Position numbers and translations under genes: made by a program. A stretch of 63,524 nucleotides of DNA, counting the filler, from Saprolegnia diclina VS20 (lineage: Eukaryota): assembly GCF_000281045.1 (NCBI RefSeq). It is 4 parts of 3 records of this genome, joined end to end, with 100 filler letters (N's around TTAATTAATTAA, not from the genome) between each part and the next. Parts side by side here need not be neighbours in the genome. Positions count along the whole stretch, not along the records: positions 1 to 28,442 come from NW_008246119.1; 3 more parts are not named here. One strand, given 5' to 3'. The stretch's first letter is position 1; every line of letters starts with the position of its first letter. This document shows, in pieces, positions 1 through 11,130 of the stretch. The notes below the pieces were generated by a model. It saw nothing but the letters and a program-made list of their open reading frames with translations. It made no database searches and was not told the origin of the DNA.

Positions 1-2212
1 AAACGCATGCAACTCGTTGAGCCCGTGTCGTCTAGACTGCGCATAATTCTAGTAATTGGCCACATTGAAGCATTGACACGATTTGTGCAAAGGTGACACC
101 GATTACTTTGTACGCCCAATGTCGAGCTATAGATCGAGTCTTAGATATCTGAGCGAGGTCGACATGGATCAACGAGGTAGATCGACAATCGCGCGCAAGA
201 AGCGAGGAAACCATCGACATGTCGTGTGGTTGAGGTCGTTCTGTACGAGGTTGATGGGCCATGCACGCGTACAAAGATAAGGCCACGACCTATCTATATG
301 CGAGAAGACTCGAGGCGCACAAGACCCACGACGGCAACCCGTTTCTTGGGCAAAGTCCGAAGCATGCGTGTCATGGAGAAAAACACGTGATATATCACTC
401 TCTTGGCAATGTGTTGTTTGGATGTAGCGAGGAGGTCATGCAACTACATTGCGGCCAAACTCGTGCAACGCTGTCGCCAAGTAGAAGGAGCGAGAGCCGT
501 CCTTGTGGCATCTACCTCGGTCGCCCCGTTCGGAGCACCCAGCCAGCAATGCGTCGACACATGCATGGGCTGCTGAGCAAGGGGTAGGGTTTCTGTCCAG
601 CGCACAGCTGATCATCTACAACCGGATCCATCCTTCGACTTGATACCGTGATGTGCTGCTTCGGATCGTCGAGTTGGCGTGGACGAGGTTGTCCACAATG
701 TCGCCGTCGTGAGTACTTGATGATGCCGGTATCAGCTGGGCCAGGCGCAGCGCAAACAACGGACCACCGGCCGAGTTGGAAAGGCAGCTGCTCAGGTGGC
801 TCGTGATGGCGCTCGTACGTCTGCGGCGGGCGATTGGCATCATGCTGGAGGTACAGTCGCCGAGGGTCGGAGCGTGTCGGCGTAAGGGAGAAGCGGCGGC
901 CTTGCAGCATCTTGTCGACGAGCGCGTCACTGCCCGGCGCACAGCGCGACGGCGCAATCGCGAGCTGCTCGGCAAAGTTGTTGTTGAAGTGGGTCGTCTG
1001 CTCGGCAACGTCGCTGGGGATCTCGATGGGCAAACCTCTTATTTTCGGCACTACCCTGTTCAAATTCGGCATCTCATACCGAACGGTGCTGTAAGCCGCA
1101 TTGATAAGAGCCGAGGATCGTGCGATCGGCGCCTCAGCCCGCACGATACATGTGTACATTGCGCGGCCATCCAAGAAGCTCGACTTTGGCACCAGCTCTA
1201 CCAGCTGCGCTGTGCAGATTAGCGCGAAGAAACGTCAAAACGCTATTGTATCTTTACGGCTGCATGATGCTTGGCGACCTCGACAAGTCGCGCTGGCTAC
1301 GCCCCGGAAGGGCGATGAGCAGCCACAGCCAGCATCTGTTTGAATATAGAGACCTTGCCACATCTGAGGTATTGGACTACAACGGTCGATGAAGGGCATT
1401 TGGTGGTCGCTGGGTCCATCGATGCTCCCGCAAAAGATTTGGTTTTGTGAGCAAACGCCAAGGGTCAGCTTCATTGCACAAAGCAATGAATGGAGCATTG
1501 ACAGTCCCATCGGCAGTTGTATGTGAAAAGGCAACTGCGGCCCCGGTCCTGTATTTTCCAGTGTGAACGACAGAACATCGCGTTGTCGCTTGAAGAAGCA
1601 CGGGGCATGGGGCATAGACAACTTTGATTTCTCACAGGCTTGGTTCCGGTTTCGTTTCATTTCAGGATGTTGATACGACGTGTGCATCAGGATAGCACCA
1701 CTGGGTTCAACACGTCAAGTACGTGTGTGCTGCAGCAGTACAAGCTACGTACACGGCGGCAGACAATGTATTGACAATGAGAGACTCATAGCGCCGCATA
1801 CTTTAGCGCTACATCAACATCTACACGCGTGAGGTTGTTGGCGCCAGCACTTGGCCGTTGGGAGTAAGCTGGACGCAGAGATCCATCTCTCAGCAGCCCC
1901 ACTTGCCGAGAAAACGCAGTGCGTTGTATCAAGTACGGGATGCTACCTCCAACGAGCCAGAGAAATCGATAGATTGGTCAACGGACCCAAACGAAGGAAC
2001 TTGACGTCGCGGGAGAGAGACGTTATTGCAGCTCGGTGAAGTTGATTGTTTGCAGAGCTTCATTCATTTTTTCAAGCTGGTCGCCGCGAATGTTGGTCGT
2101 ACCTGCCAAAACGAATATTACCCGTGCGAATGCATTCCTTGCCAGTATACCCATACAAAAATCAAGGTTTGGACCCTTCCACGCCCGTTAGGTCCTCTCA
2201 AATTGCATCTTT

Positions 2213-2226
2213 CCATTCTCCAATTC
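2213..2226 (+). promoter_or_regulatory. Oomycete Inr+FPR-like core promoter element (CCATTCTCCAATTC) just upstream of the Ariadne ATG
   Basis: Resembles the oomycete YCATTYY-N-CAWTTT initiator/flanking consensus; ends 3 nt before the ATG at 2230. Confidence 0.5.
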
Positions 2227-2229
2227 CCC

Positions 2230-3639
2230 ATGTCCGAGTACGCGTACAGCAGCGAGGACGAGTACGACTACAACTCGGACGGCGACGACCTCGCGCAGGT
2301 CCCGGCCGCGCCCAGCGCCGAGTACACGGTCGTCAACACGGCCGACCTCCAGCGCGACCAGGACCTCCTCGTGGCCGAGGTCTCGGAGCTCCTCATGGTG
2401 TCGCCGGCGGTCGCGACCGTACTCCTCCGCTCGAACCAGTGGAGCAAGGAGGTGGTCCAGGACCGGTTCTACGAGCGCGAGACGCCCAAGGCCTTTCTCG
2501 AGGAAGTCGGGGCCCAACACCTCGACAACTACAAGATTGGCGCGCCGAAAGGCATCGTGTGCGAAGTCTGCCGCGACGACGTGCCGGGCCAGGACGTCAT
2601 TGCGCTCGGCTGCGGCGCCATGTACTGCGTCGACTGCTGGAAAGGCTACTTGATGACCAAGCTCGAAGACGGGCCGTCGTGCCTCACAGCCACGTGCCTC
2701 GCGTACAAGTGCAACGAGCTCGTGCCGGACGCGCTTTTCCAGAAGCTCCTCGATGCGCCGAAGAAGAAGGAGCACGCCAAGTGGGCGCTCCGGTCCTTTG
2801 TCGATAAGAGCCAGAACATCAAGTGGTGCCCCGCGCCCGGGTGCCCGAACGCGATCAGTGGGTCGGGCGGCGACCTCTTTGTCGACTGCGCCTGTGGCTG
2901 CAAGTTTTGCCTCCGCTGCGGCGAAGAAGCCCACCCCGTCGTGACGTGCGACCAGCTCCGGATCTGGAAGGAAAAGTGCGCAAACGAGTCGGAGACGGCC
3001 AACTGGATGCTCGTCAACACGAAGAAGTGCCCGAACACCAAGTGCTCGGTGCGCATCGAGAAGAACCAGGGCTGCAACCACATGTCATGCAAGACGTGCC
3101 GCCACGAGTTTTGCTGGATCTGCATGGAGTCGTGGCAGTCGCATTTTTCCGGCGGCACGGCCAACTACAACTGCAACCGCTTCAACGCGACGGCGTCACA
3201 GGACTCGGACTTGTCACGGGCCAAGACAGAGCTCGAGCGCTACCTCTTTTACAGCACGCGGTACTTCAACCACGCCAAGGCCGAGACAATTTGCATCAAG
3301 GGCCGCGCGGACGCCGAGGCCAAGGTCGACGACCTCCAAGAAATGACAGTCGTCGACTTTCAGGCCGTGCTCAAGGCCATGGACCTTCTCATCAAGTGCC
3401 GGCGCATCCTCAAGTACACGTACGTGTACGGCTACTACCTCGACGGCAAGACGACGGCCGAGAAGCAGCTCTTCGAGTACCTCCAAGGCGAGGTCGAGTC
3501 GAACACGGAGGTGCTCACGGGCCTCACAGAGAAGCCGCTCGAGTCGATGGTCATTGCCGACATTATGAACTACACCAGCGTCACGGACAAGTTTATGACG
3601 CGCTTTGTCGAAGGCGTCGAAGAAGGTCTCTGTGGGTAA
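2230..3639 (+). CDS. ARI: Ariadne-family RBR (RING1-IBR-RING2) E3 ubiquitin ligase
   Basis: Intronless ORF from MSEYAYSS with acidic N-terminus, RING1 (CEVC...CVDC), IBR (WCPAPGC...FCLRCGEEAH), RING2 with catalytic IEKNQGCNHMSC, and Ariadne domain (LERYLFYSTRY, CRRILKYTYVYGYY). Confidence 0.95.
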   Translation: MSEYAYSSEDEYDYNSDGDDLAQVPAAPSAEYTVVNTADLQRDQDLLVAEVSELLMVSPAVATVLLRSNQWSKEVVQDRFYERETPKAFLEEVGAQHLDNYKIGAPKGIVCEVCRDDVPGQDVIALGCGAMYCVDCWKGYLMTKLEDGPSCLTATCLAYKCNELVPDALFQKLLDAPKKKEHAKWALRSFVDKSQNIKWCPAPGCPNAISGSGGDLFVDCACGCKFCLRCGEEAHPVVTCDQLRIWKEKCANESETANWMLVNTKKCPNTKCSVRIEKNQGCNHMSCKTCRHEFCWICMESWQSHFSGGTANYNCNRFNATASQDSDLSRAKTELERYLFYSTRYFNHAKAETICIKGRADAEAKVDDLQEMTVVDFQAVLKAMDLLIKCRRILKYTYVYGYYLDGKTTAEKQLFEYLQGEVESNTEVLTGLTEKPLESMVIADIMNYTSVTDKFMTRFVEGVEEGLCG

Positions 3640-3912
3640 TCCACGTCCCCACTCTATGTCCCCTCCACCTAATCTATCGCTTCTTTTATATACAAATCCG
3701 TTATTGCCCATCCCACCGAGTACAGTCCACATACGGGCTTGTCGACGCCACGGTTCGGATGCCTGCAGTAGGCAGTACTACCTCGTCACATGCGCAGCGA
3801 ACGGCGCTAGTCCTCGTCACTGGCATGTACGCCGTCGCATTTCCTATCGAAGGTATCGCTTGCGGTGCTCGGACCTGTCGGCGTCGGTAGAGATAACGGA
3901 ATTGTTGGTGCG

Positions 3913-5097
3913 TTAGAGACAGACGACCGACGTGATGTCCTTCATGAGGTTGTCCTGCTGCGCTCTCCACGCGTCAATGCTCTCTTGAAGGAACGCAGCG
4001 TTGGCTTGGAGCGGTCGATGGAACGCAGCCATGTTGGCTTGGTACACGGGCATCACGGGCGGGAATGGCATTCCGTCCGAACGCTTTGGCTTGGTGGACG
4101 ACGCCTTCGCGGGCTTGGGTTGCTGCTGCTGCTTCTTGGCGACTTTGCCTTTTTGGTTCTCGACGAGCTCGGCGATCTGCTGCTGCACACGCTGACGAAA
4201 GATCTCGGCCAGCACCGTCTTGGTACTACTGCTCGGTGCATAGCCCGACTGCGGTTGCATCGCAGGCGGCGTTGCCATGACCATTGGTGGCGCCATTTCT
4301 CTCGCCGCCGTGAGCGGCCGCATCGGCGACATCATGTTCGCCCGAGGTAAAGTGGACGTCGTCGGCTCGACTGGTGGTGGGGCCAACGCAACGGGTGACG
4401 GCGCAGGTGGTGACAACGGAGCTGGCGTGGGCACGGTCGCTTCTACCGCCACGTTGGTCATGCGCAGCGATTTGCGATGCTTGGTGGGGGGCGACGGCGA
4501 CCGCTCGGGCTGGGCGGCCTCTGTCTTGGCCTCGGCGACCTTGCGCTTACGAGGGCGCCCGCGCGAAGCTTCTTTCGCCACGTCAACCGTGCTCGCTTCC
4601 GCTTCGGCATCGTCTTCCGACGCACCGCTGTCCTTCTCGTGCGCAGTGTACTTGGGATTGATGGCAAAGAGGTGCGCCGCATTGATGTGGCTGCGCTTCA
4701 TGCTCTTCTCGTCCTTCTTGGCGCTGGCGACGCGCGCGCCGTGCGGTGCGAATGCGGACTGCGCCACCCACGTGTCAAAGCGCTTGTGCCACCCGAGAAA
4801 ATGCACGTGGACCTTTTGCGCGTCCACATCCACGTCAATGACCCGTGCTTCGCTCCACCGCCCCTTGTCATCCTAGATAGAGCAGACTCGCACTGGGCTC
4901 GAGCATGCTACAGATCGACGTACCCGCACGTCAGCGAGCATGCCCAGTGCCACGTATTTGGGTTCCCGCTCCTTGCGCGGCGACTTGACGTCGACCTTTT
5001 TGGCTCGTTTGGTTCGCACCGCGGGCTTGGCCGGCACGGTGGGCGGGCTCGCATGTCGCTTCGGCCGCGCCGCCGCCACCGCCGTTCGTCGCGTCAT
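3913..5097 (-). CDS. Tudor-knot/chromo-barrel domain protein with basic, Pro-rich low-complexity region (2 exons; intron 4873-4923)
   Basis: A 51-bp GT..AG intron joins ...LADVR to DDKGRWSEARVIDVD...VHVHFLGWHKRFDTWV, typical of Tudor-knot/chromo barrel; RGRPRKRK AT-hook/NLS-like motif. Confidence 0.75.
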
Positions 5098-5722
5098 CCT
5101 ACGTCATTGTCGTACGCAGGCTCTGTCGCAAGCGGCCACGTACCTCGTCCCGTCGCTCGAGGGCGATATCGTCGGCTGCATCTTCAAGCGTAAGAATAGG
5201 AAACTGATTGCGACGCTTCAGGTCCCAATCGTCCGGATACCAGGATTCTTCGAAGTCGACGTCCCCGATGCTATCGACACTCGAAGCTTTCACGCTCGTT
5301 TCTCCATAGCGTCCTACTACACTACAGCGAGTCTCGGTCGTTTGGCTCGATCGACGCTCTCTTCTACCCTCCCACCGACGCCTGCTTGAGGTGTGAGCTA
5401 TCCTGCGCCGAGGATGGTTATCCGGATGGCAGCTCGGAGGTTTTCGATGATCTTTCGATGGATCTTTGCTTCTTCTATGGATCTGTGCTAGTCCGCGCCA
5501 TGCACCTCGCGAAGACGCTGCCATGACGCTAGCCTCATCACCTAGAGCAGCTCGTCGATGGCACCTTGCAGCGTCCGCAGTGATGGTGGCGGCCGCCGTG
5601 CTGTGTGTGCAGGAGGCGCCTACTTCAACTTGACATCCGGAGCCGGATAATTTGAGCGTATCCGGTATGGCTGTTCTTGAGCGTCCATTTCCTGCATATC
5701 GCAGAGGCTGGTCGCGACCAAG

Positions 5723-6259
5723 ATGATGGACAAGCTCAAGTGGCAGAAGCAGCGGCTGCTCGACGGCGAGCCGGGCTACAATGCGACGCCGGCGCAGCAA
5801 GATGACGCCTTGTCCTGCCCGTCGCTCAACCTCTCGTACAAGGAGCGACTCTTTGGCTGCCTTCTCTGCTTCCTCCTCGGCATGGTGCTCTCGCTGGGGT
5901 CGACCGTGCGCTTGGCGCAGCTCGTCCGTGGCCGGCCCGCGCCGTTTGCGATTTGCTACACACTCGGCAACGTCCTCTCGCTCTGCTGCACCATGTTCTT
6001 TGTCGGGCCCGTCGCGCAATGCAAGTCCATGTTTGATGCCAAGCGGCGCGTCTCGGCCGCGATCTATGTGGTCTTTATCGGCGTCACGCTCGCGCTCTGC
6101 TTCTCGCCGCACATACCGCATCGCGCCGGCCTCGTCTTGCTCTCGGTGCTCATCCAGTTTGGCGCGCTCTGGTGGTACACGCTCTCGTACATCCCGTACG
6201 CGCGCGCGGCCGTCGCCGGCGTCTTCAAGAAGTTTTGCTGTCAAGAGGACCAAGTGTAA
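5723..6259 (+). CDS. SFT2: Vesicle transport protein SFT2 (Got1/Sft2 family)
   Basis: LSYKERLFG, FAICYTLGNVLSL, GPVAQCKSMFD, WYTLSYIPYAR motifs; four hydrophobic segments. Confidence 0.92.
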   Translation: MMDKLKWQKQRLLDGEPGYNATPAQQDDALSCPSLNLSYKERLFGCLLCFLLGMVLSLGSTVRLAQLVRGRPAPFAICYTLGNVLSLCCTMFFVGPVAQCKSMFDAKRRVSAAIYVVFIGVTLALCFSPHIPHRAGLVLLSVLIQFGALWWYTLSYIPYARAAVAGVFKKFCCQEDQV

Positions 6260-6318
6260 ACGTGTAAATATAGCGAGACTCGATGAGGACGTTGATCAGT
6301 TATTAATACGTCGCCATC

Positions 6319-8812
6319 ATGGGCGATACCCGGCGGTGCTTTGCGCTCCTACTGCGGCAAGTCGAGCCCGACGATGTCTTTTCCGAGCTCCAGCGGCTCG
6401 ACCACGACGATACGCGCTGCGTCAAAGCGCGGTACGCTCATCAACGCATGCTCGTGACGCTCGACGATGATACAGGCGCTTCATCAAGGTGCTGGACGGT
6501 CTCTTGGGCAACGACCACAGCGTGTACACGTCAATGCCATGTTGCTGTCGCCCTCGTGTCGACAATAATGGACTAGGGACTTGGCCGAGGTCGCGGATGC
6601 ATTTGCTGCCAAGCACGACGAGGCGCTCGTCAACTATGTGGCCTTTTGCACGCAGCTCCAAGCCGCGATGGACGACGACCGCGACCATGAGGACGACGGC
6701 AAGAAGGCCGACTCGAGCAGCGCGTCCGAGCGCAATGCGACAACGTCCGAAGCGAGCTCGGCGCCGCGCCGCCACCGACGCAAGCGCAAGTCCAAGCCTG
6801 ACATTACCAAGCGCGCGATCCGCGTCGACCCGCGCCTCGAGAAGCACCGCGTGCTCAAGGTATGTCGTGTGATCGCGAAGACATCATACTTATATTGATC
6901 GTGTACTAGAGCAGCATCCGCCACAAGGTGCTTCATGGCGCCAAGCACATGGCAACGTCCAAAGACGGCTTTGACGGCCTTCGCGACGTGCTCTGCCAGG
7001 CCGACGCGGACGGCAGTGGCCTTCTCTCAGAAGCCGCGTTTGTCGGTGCGTGCTCGTCTTGTAGGATGACGACGATGGTCGAGGTAGAGACGTTGCTAGA
7101 GCACATGAAGGCGCCATTGACCGCCAAGGAAATGGGGTACCTCACGACCAACCTCCGCCACCGCAAGCGGCCGAACGCTATCGACTACGAGCAGGTGCGG
7201 CGGTAGACGCACCTTTTCGCTAAGAGACGCGGGTAGATTGGTCTCTTTCTCTGCGTCGACAGCGAAGAAGAAGCGTCGACGTCCGGTGACGACAACGGCT
7301 TGCGTCGGCGGCAAAGCCTCGACGAACCGCACTTGGGCTCGGACATTTTGTCCGTAGAGCGCGACCTCCGCGCGCGTCTACTGCAGCGACTACCGCTCAC
7401 GACAGAGAACGCGCTGGCGACGTGCAGCCATACGCGGCGGTCGATCTTTACCGGCGCTGAAAAATTTGTGGAAGCATGTGACGTCTTTGACCCGCTCTGC
7501 ACGAATTCGCTCTCGGAAGAGGGTGCGTGGGACGCCTAATATTTGCCGCTGCATTCGTGTGTAGGGTATGCCAAGGCGCTCGACTACATCAACTTTAACG
7601 TATCGACCACGCAATTGCAAGCCATTTTGACCAAATTTCCCCGTGACACGCATTCGGGCGGCGTCAACTATGCTGTGTTTTTAGAGTACTTGTATATTTG
7701 CAGCGCGGGACTTCGACTCGATCGTGTAGGCGCTACGGACAGCAGTATGCGACTGTGAAGCAGCAAAAGCACATGAAGACGCTCTTGACGCGCTTGGCGA
7801 CTGACCCGAGCCGCGATTTCGGGCCGACCCTACTGCATTTCAAGAAGCAGCTCGCGAAATGCGACAAGCGCGTCACGGGGGTGTGCGCCGGCGTCGTCAC
7901 CAAGACAGGTTGTCCACATATTTTCGTGGAGAATGGGCCCAAGACGCCCGTAGACTTTGTCTCGGCGCTCACGACCCACGAGACGCACAAATGGCCGTCC
8001 AAGGAGGTGCAAATGCTCGTTCCGCTCTTTGCGGACGGCCCGCACGTTCAGTACCCGACCTTTCTCGCGTACAACTATTGGCGGACATGGACGGTGAGGA
8101 ATACTGTATAGGATGGTGGAGGACTGCACGGCGACGGCGCCGAATGTGCCGTGTGGCTGTCGCCAGAGCGCACCATCGGCCACGAGCGCACTGGAGAGCC
8201 GTCTTCGGCGCTTCCTCGTCGACAAGACGCGCGGTACATCGGGCTACGACACGGCGCTGCATGCCTTCGAATCGGCCGACGCGCTACGGCATCCACAGAC
8301 CGCTCCGACGGGGCTGCTTCACGAACAAGGTATTATTGAGTTTGCAGTTGAAGTTGACGCCGCGACGATGTAGATTTTTGCACTGTGCTGCGAACCATCG
8401 GCACGGGCTTGTCCCCTACGGACCGTGCACATCTCTTGCAGCTACTAGCAACGATTCACGCGCTCACACCAAACGGTGTGCTCTACCGCACGTTCCTTAC
8501 GTAGCCCACTACTCTGTCTTGGAGAAAATAATGGCATGGAGACGGTGTAGATACCTCACAACCGAACACAACGTGTCGTCCGATGAAGGACATGCCAGAG
8601 ACGTGCCGTCGCATTTGCGCAATATCTGCGTCGCCACGTACCTCTACGAGTACGCGACGGCCGACGAGCGCACCAACTTTGAAAAAGTGCTCTCGACGCT
8701 CTCGTCCCTGCAGGCGCCACGTCATTGCAACGTGATGACCAAGGACACGACCAACAACCTCGTCTTTGCCCTCGGCCCGCTTCTCAAGGTCAAGGTGCAG
8801 TTTTTTACCTAG
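6319..8812 (+). CDS. Multi-exon protein with degenerate EF-hand repeats
   Basis: Chain of short exons with GT..AG introns; EF-like loops (DADGSGLLSEAAF, DPLCTNSLSEE) and repeated VNYxxF/IDYEQ motifs; ends LKVKVQFFT*. Confidence 0.6.
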
Positions 8813-8826
8813 TTTTTCTATATAAA

Positions 8827-10639
8827 CTAGCACGAAAACGCGCGCGGTCGAGTCGCATCGTCGCTCTCGTCCACCTCGGTCTCCGACTGGCTCCGCGACC
8901 TATCATAGTCGGCTTCGTTCATACGCCGAGAGATGACGGGGCTAAAGAGCGTCGGAGTCGCCGTCCCGATCGAGAGCCGCGCCATCGCCGCGTTCTCTTC
9001 GCTACACGCTGGGCGGTCGCCACCATCTCGCATGGCTTTGCGGGCAGCACGGCGCCAATTGACCTTGTGGAGCGCACGCACAATTAGTACAAATTTGGCG
9101 AGTTCGCCGCAGATGCTGCCAAGCCAAAGCCCCGAGAGACCGAGGCCGATGGAAAGGCCGAGGAAATACGACATGGGGAACATGACGCCCCACGAGCCCG
9201 AGGCGGTGATGCAAAGGAGCGTCTTGGCCATCGACATGGCCTCGAGGACGCTGGCGAGCACGATATGGAGCCCCGAGAGCCCGACGGCCAAGCCGAAGAG
9301 CAGCATGTTGGACGCAATGAGGTCCGCGAGCGCGTCGTCGGGCGTGAAGAACGCAATGATCGGGCGCTGGCAGGCGTAGAAGAGGCCCGCCGAGCCAAAC
9401 GCCGCGACGCCCCCGAGGACAAATCTACAAAAGTTGGTCGTAAGGAGGGAATGAAAGCAACAAGATCGTAGATACCCCACACGCATGGTGTGCTGCGCTG
9501 CGCGCGGATCGTTGGCGCCAAGAAAGTTGGCCACGCGCACTTGGGTCGGGAGGCCAAAGCCCCAGTAGATGCTGTAGACGAGGTTCCAAAGCGTGTACAA
9601 GACGCTGTTGGCCGCGAGGTTGAGCGGGCCGAGGGAGCCCGCGACGGCGGTCACGGCCGAGTAGATCCACTCGTCCATCGCGACGTTGAGTGTCATGGTG
9701 AACGAGAGCCATAAGAAGCGCTGGACGCGGTCGCGCCGTACGCACGCCCACGTCCACCCAAACCACGTCTCGGTATGGTGCTTGCGGTAGACGCACGCGT
9801 AAAGAACGAGCGCGACGGGTTGGAAGACATCCGCGACCAACTGAGCGAGCGGCGACCCGATAAAGCCGAGATCCCAGTGGTAGATGAAGAGGTAGTTGGC
9901 GCCAATGCAGAGCACGACGCTCATCGAGCTCACAACGGTGCCGGGCGTCACGATTTCTTGGGCTTGCAGGTATTGTCTACGGTGTATTTGACATGTATGG
10001 ACATAGCGTACAAAGCGGTATGCGGTACCGTAGCGCGCAGTTGAAGCACTGCGGCCAGACGCTCAGAATCGAGTAGCGCGAAAACTGCGTGGCGAGCGCA
10101 AGGACGTTCGGGTCGTCGCTGATGTAGCACAAAATGTAGTCGACGTGGTAGAACGAAATGCACATCGGGATCGAGAGGAGCGAGAGAGAGACGACGCCGA
10201 GCTGGAACCAGATACCGACAAGCTCGTAGTTGCGCGCGCCGTACGCCTGGCCACAGAGCTAAACGCAAAGGCGTTATGAGATTCAAGAGAAAGGCCATCG
10301 ACGCACCGTGCAGAGCGAGACGGAGAAGCCGTAGATGACGGTTTGGAGGCCCGAGACCCAAATGTTGGCGAGCGCGCTGGCCGCGAGCTCGGTCGAGCCC
10401 AAGTGGCCCAAGAAGGCGGCGGTGATTGCTGGCAAGAACGTGCGACAGAGCGTCGCGACGCTCACCTTCCACGCCATTTTCGAGATCGCGGCGGCTTCGG
10501 TCGCGTGCGTATTCACAAGGCGGCGCACCGAGCTATGGAGCGTGCTCGCCGGCGCCTCGAACGTCGCATAGTCTTCTATCGGGCGGCTTAGAAGGCGCGC
10601 ATGTACATTGATCGGCGACGGCGGTGGGCTGGCTGCCAT
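8827..10639 (-). CDS. MATE family multidrug/toxin efflux transporter (multi-exon)
   Basis: FLGHLGSTELAASALAN, CGQAYGARNY, LGFIGSPLA, VRVANFLGANDP, LGLSGLWLG motifs; many TM segments. Confidence 0.9.
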
Positions 10640-11130
10640 GCTGCGCGACTGGAACTGGGGCCATGGCGTGTATCTTGCGCGGATGGCCGTCCCGTTCAAG
10701 TACGTATCATTGGCACGTGCGTCGCTTCGAATTTATATACTTGATATTTGTATCTAAACTTCGATATCCGGTAAAGTGCGTATGGGCATGCCACCAATCA
10801 ACGCGCAGCGTGATTCCCTACCCCTGGCAACAAGGTCCTATCTCCAAGCCCCGCGAACATTCAACGAGCGCAAGGACAACCCCACGACCAGGTAGAGACC
10901 CAGTCGAGAAAGCGGAGACCAGCGCAGTCTTGCTCATCGCCCGCGTTTGACCGATGACGCGGTGGACGCTACCATCCGGATATAAAGGTGCGGGGTCGTT
11001 GTGCTTCAAGTTGGAGCGTTGTGATTGGCGGCCAATATCCGGAAGATTCCGCAGCCCAAGCAGTTGACGTGCGCACACCACGTCGACTGGCGTGCGCGGA
11101 AGAGAAGCTTGCAATGCCACCTCTGCAGCG

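Noticed and set aside
512..1192. 226-aa minus-strand ORF and overlapping ORFs in the first 2 kb
   Set aside because: No recognisable domain or TE motif; may be a decayed gene but cannot be supported
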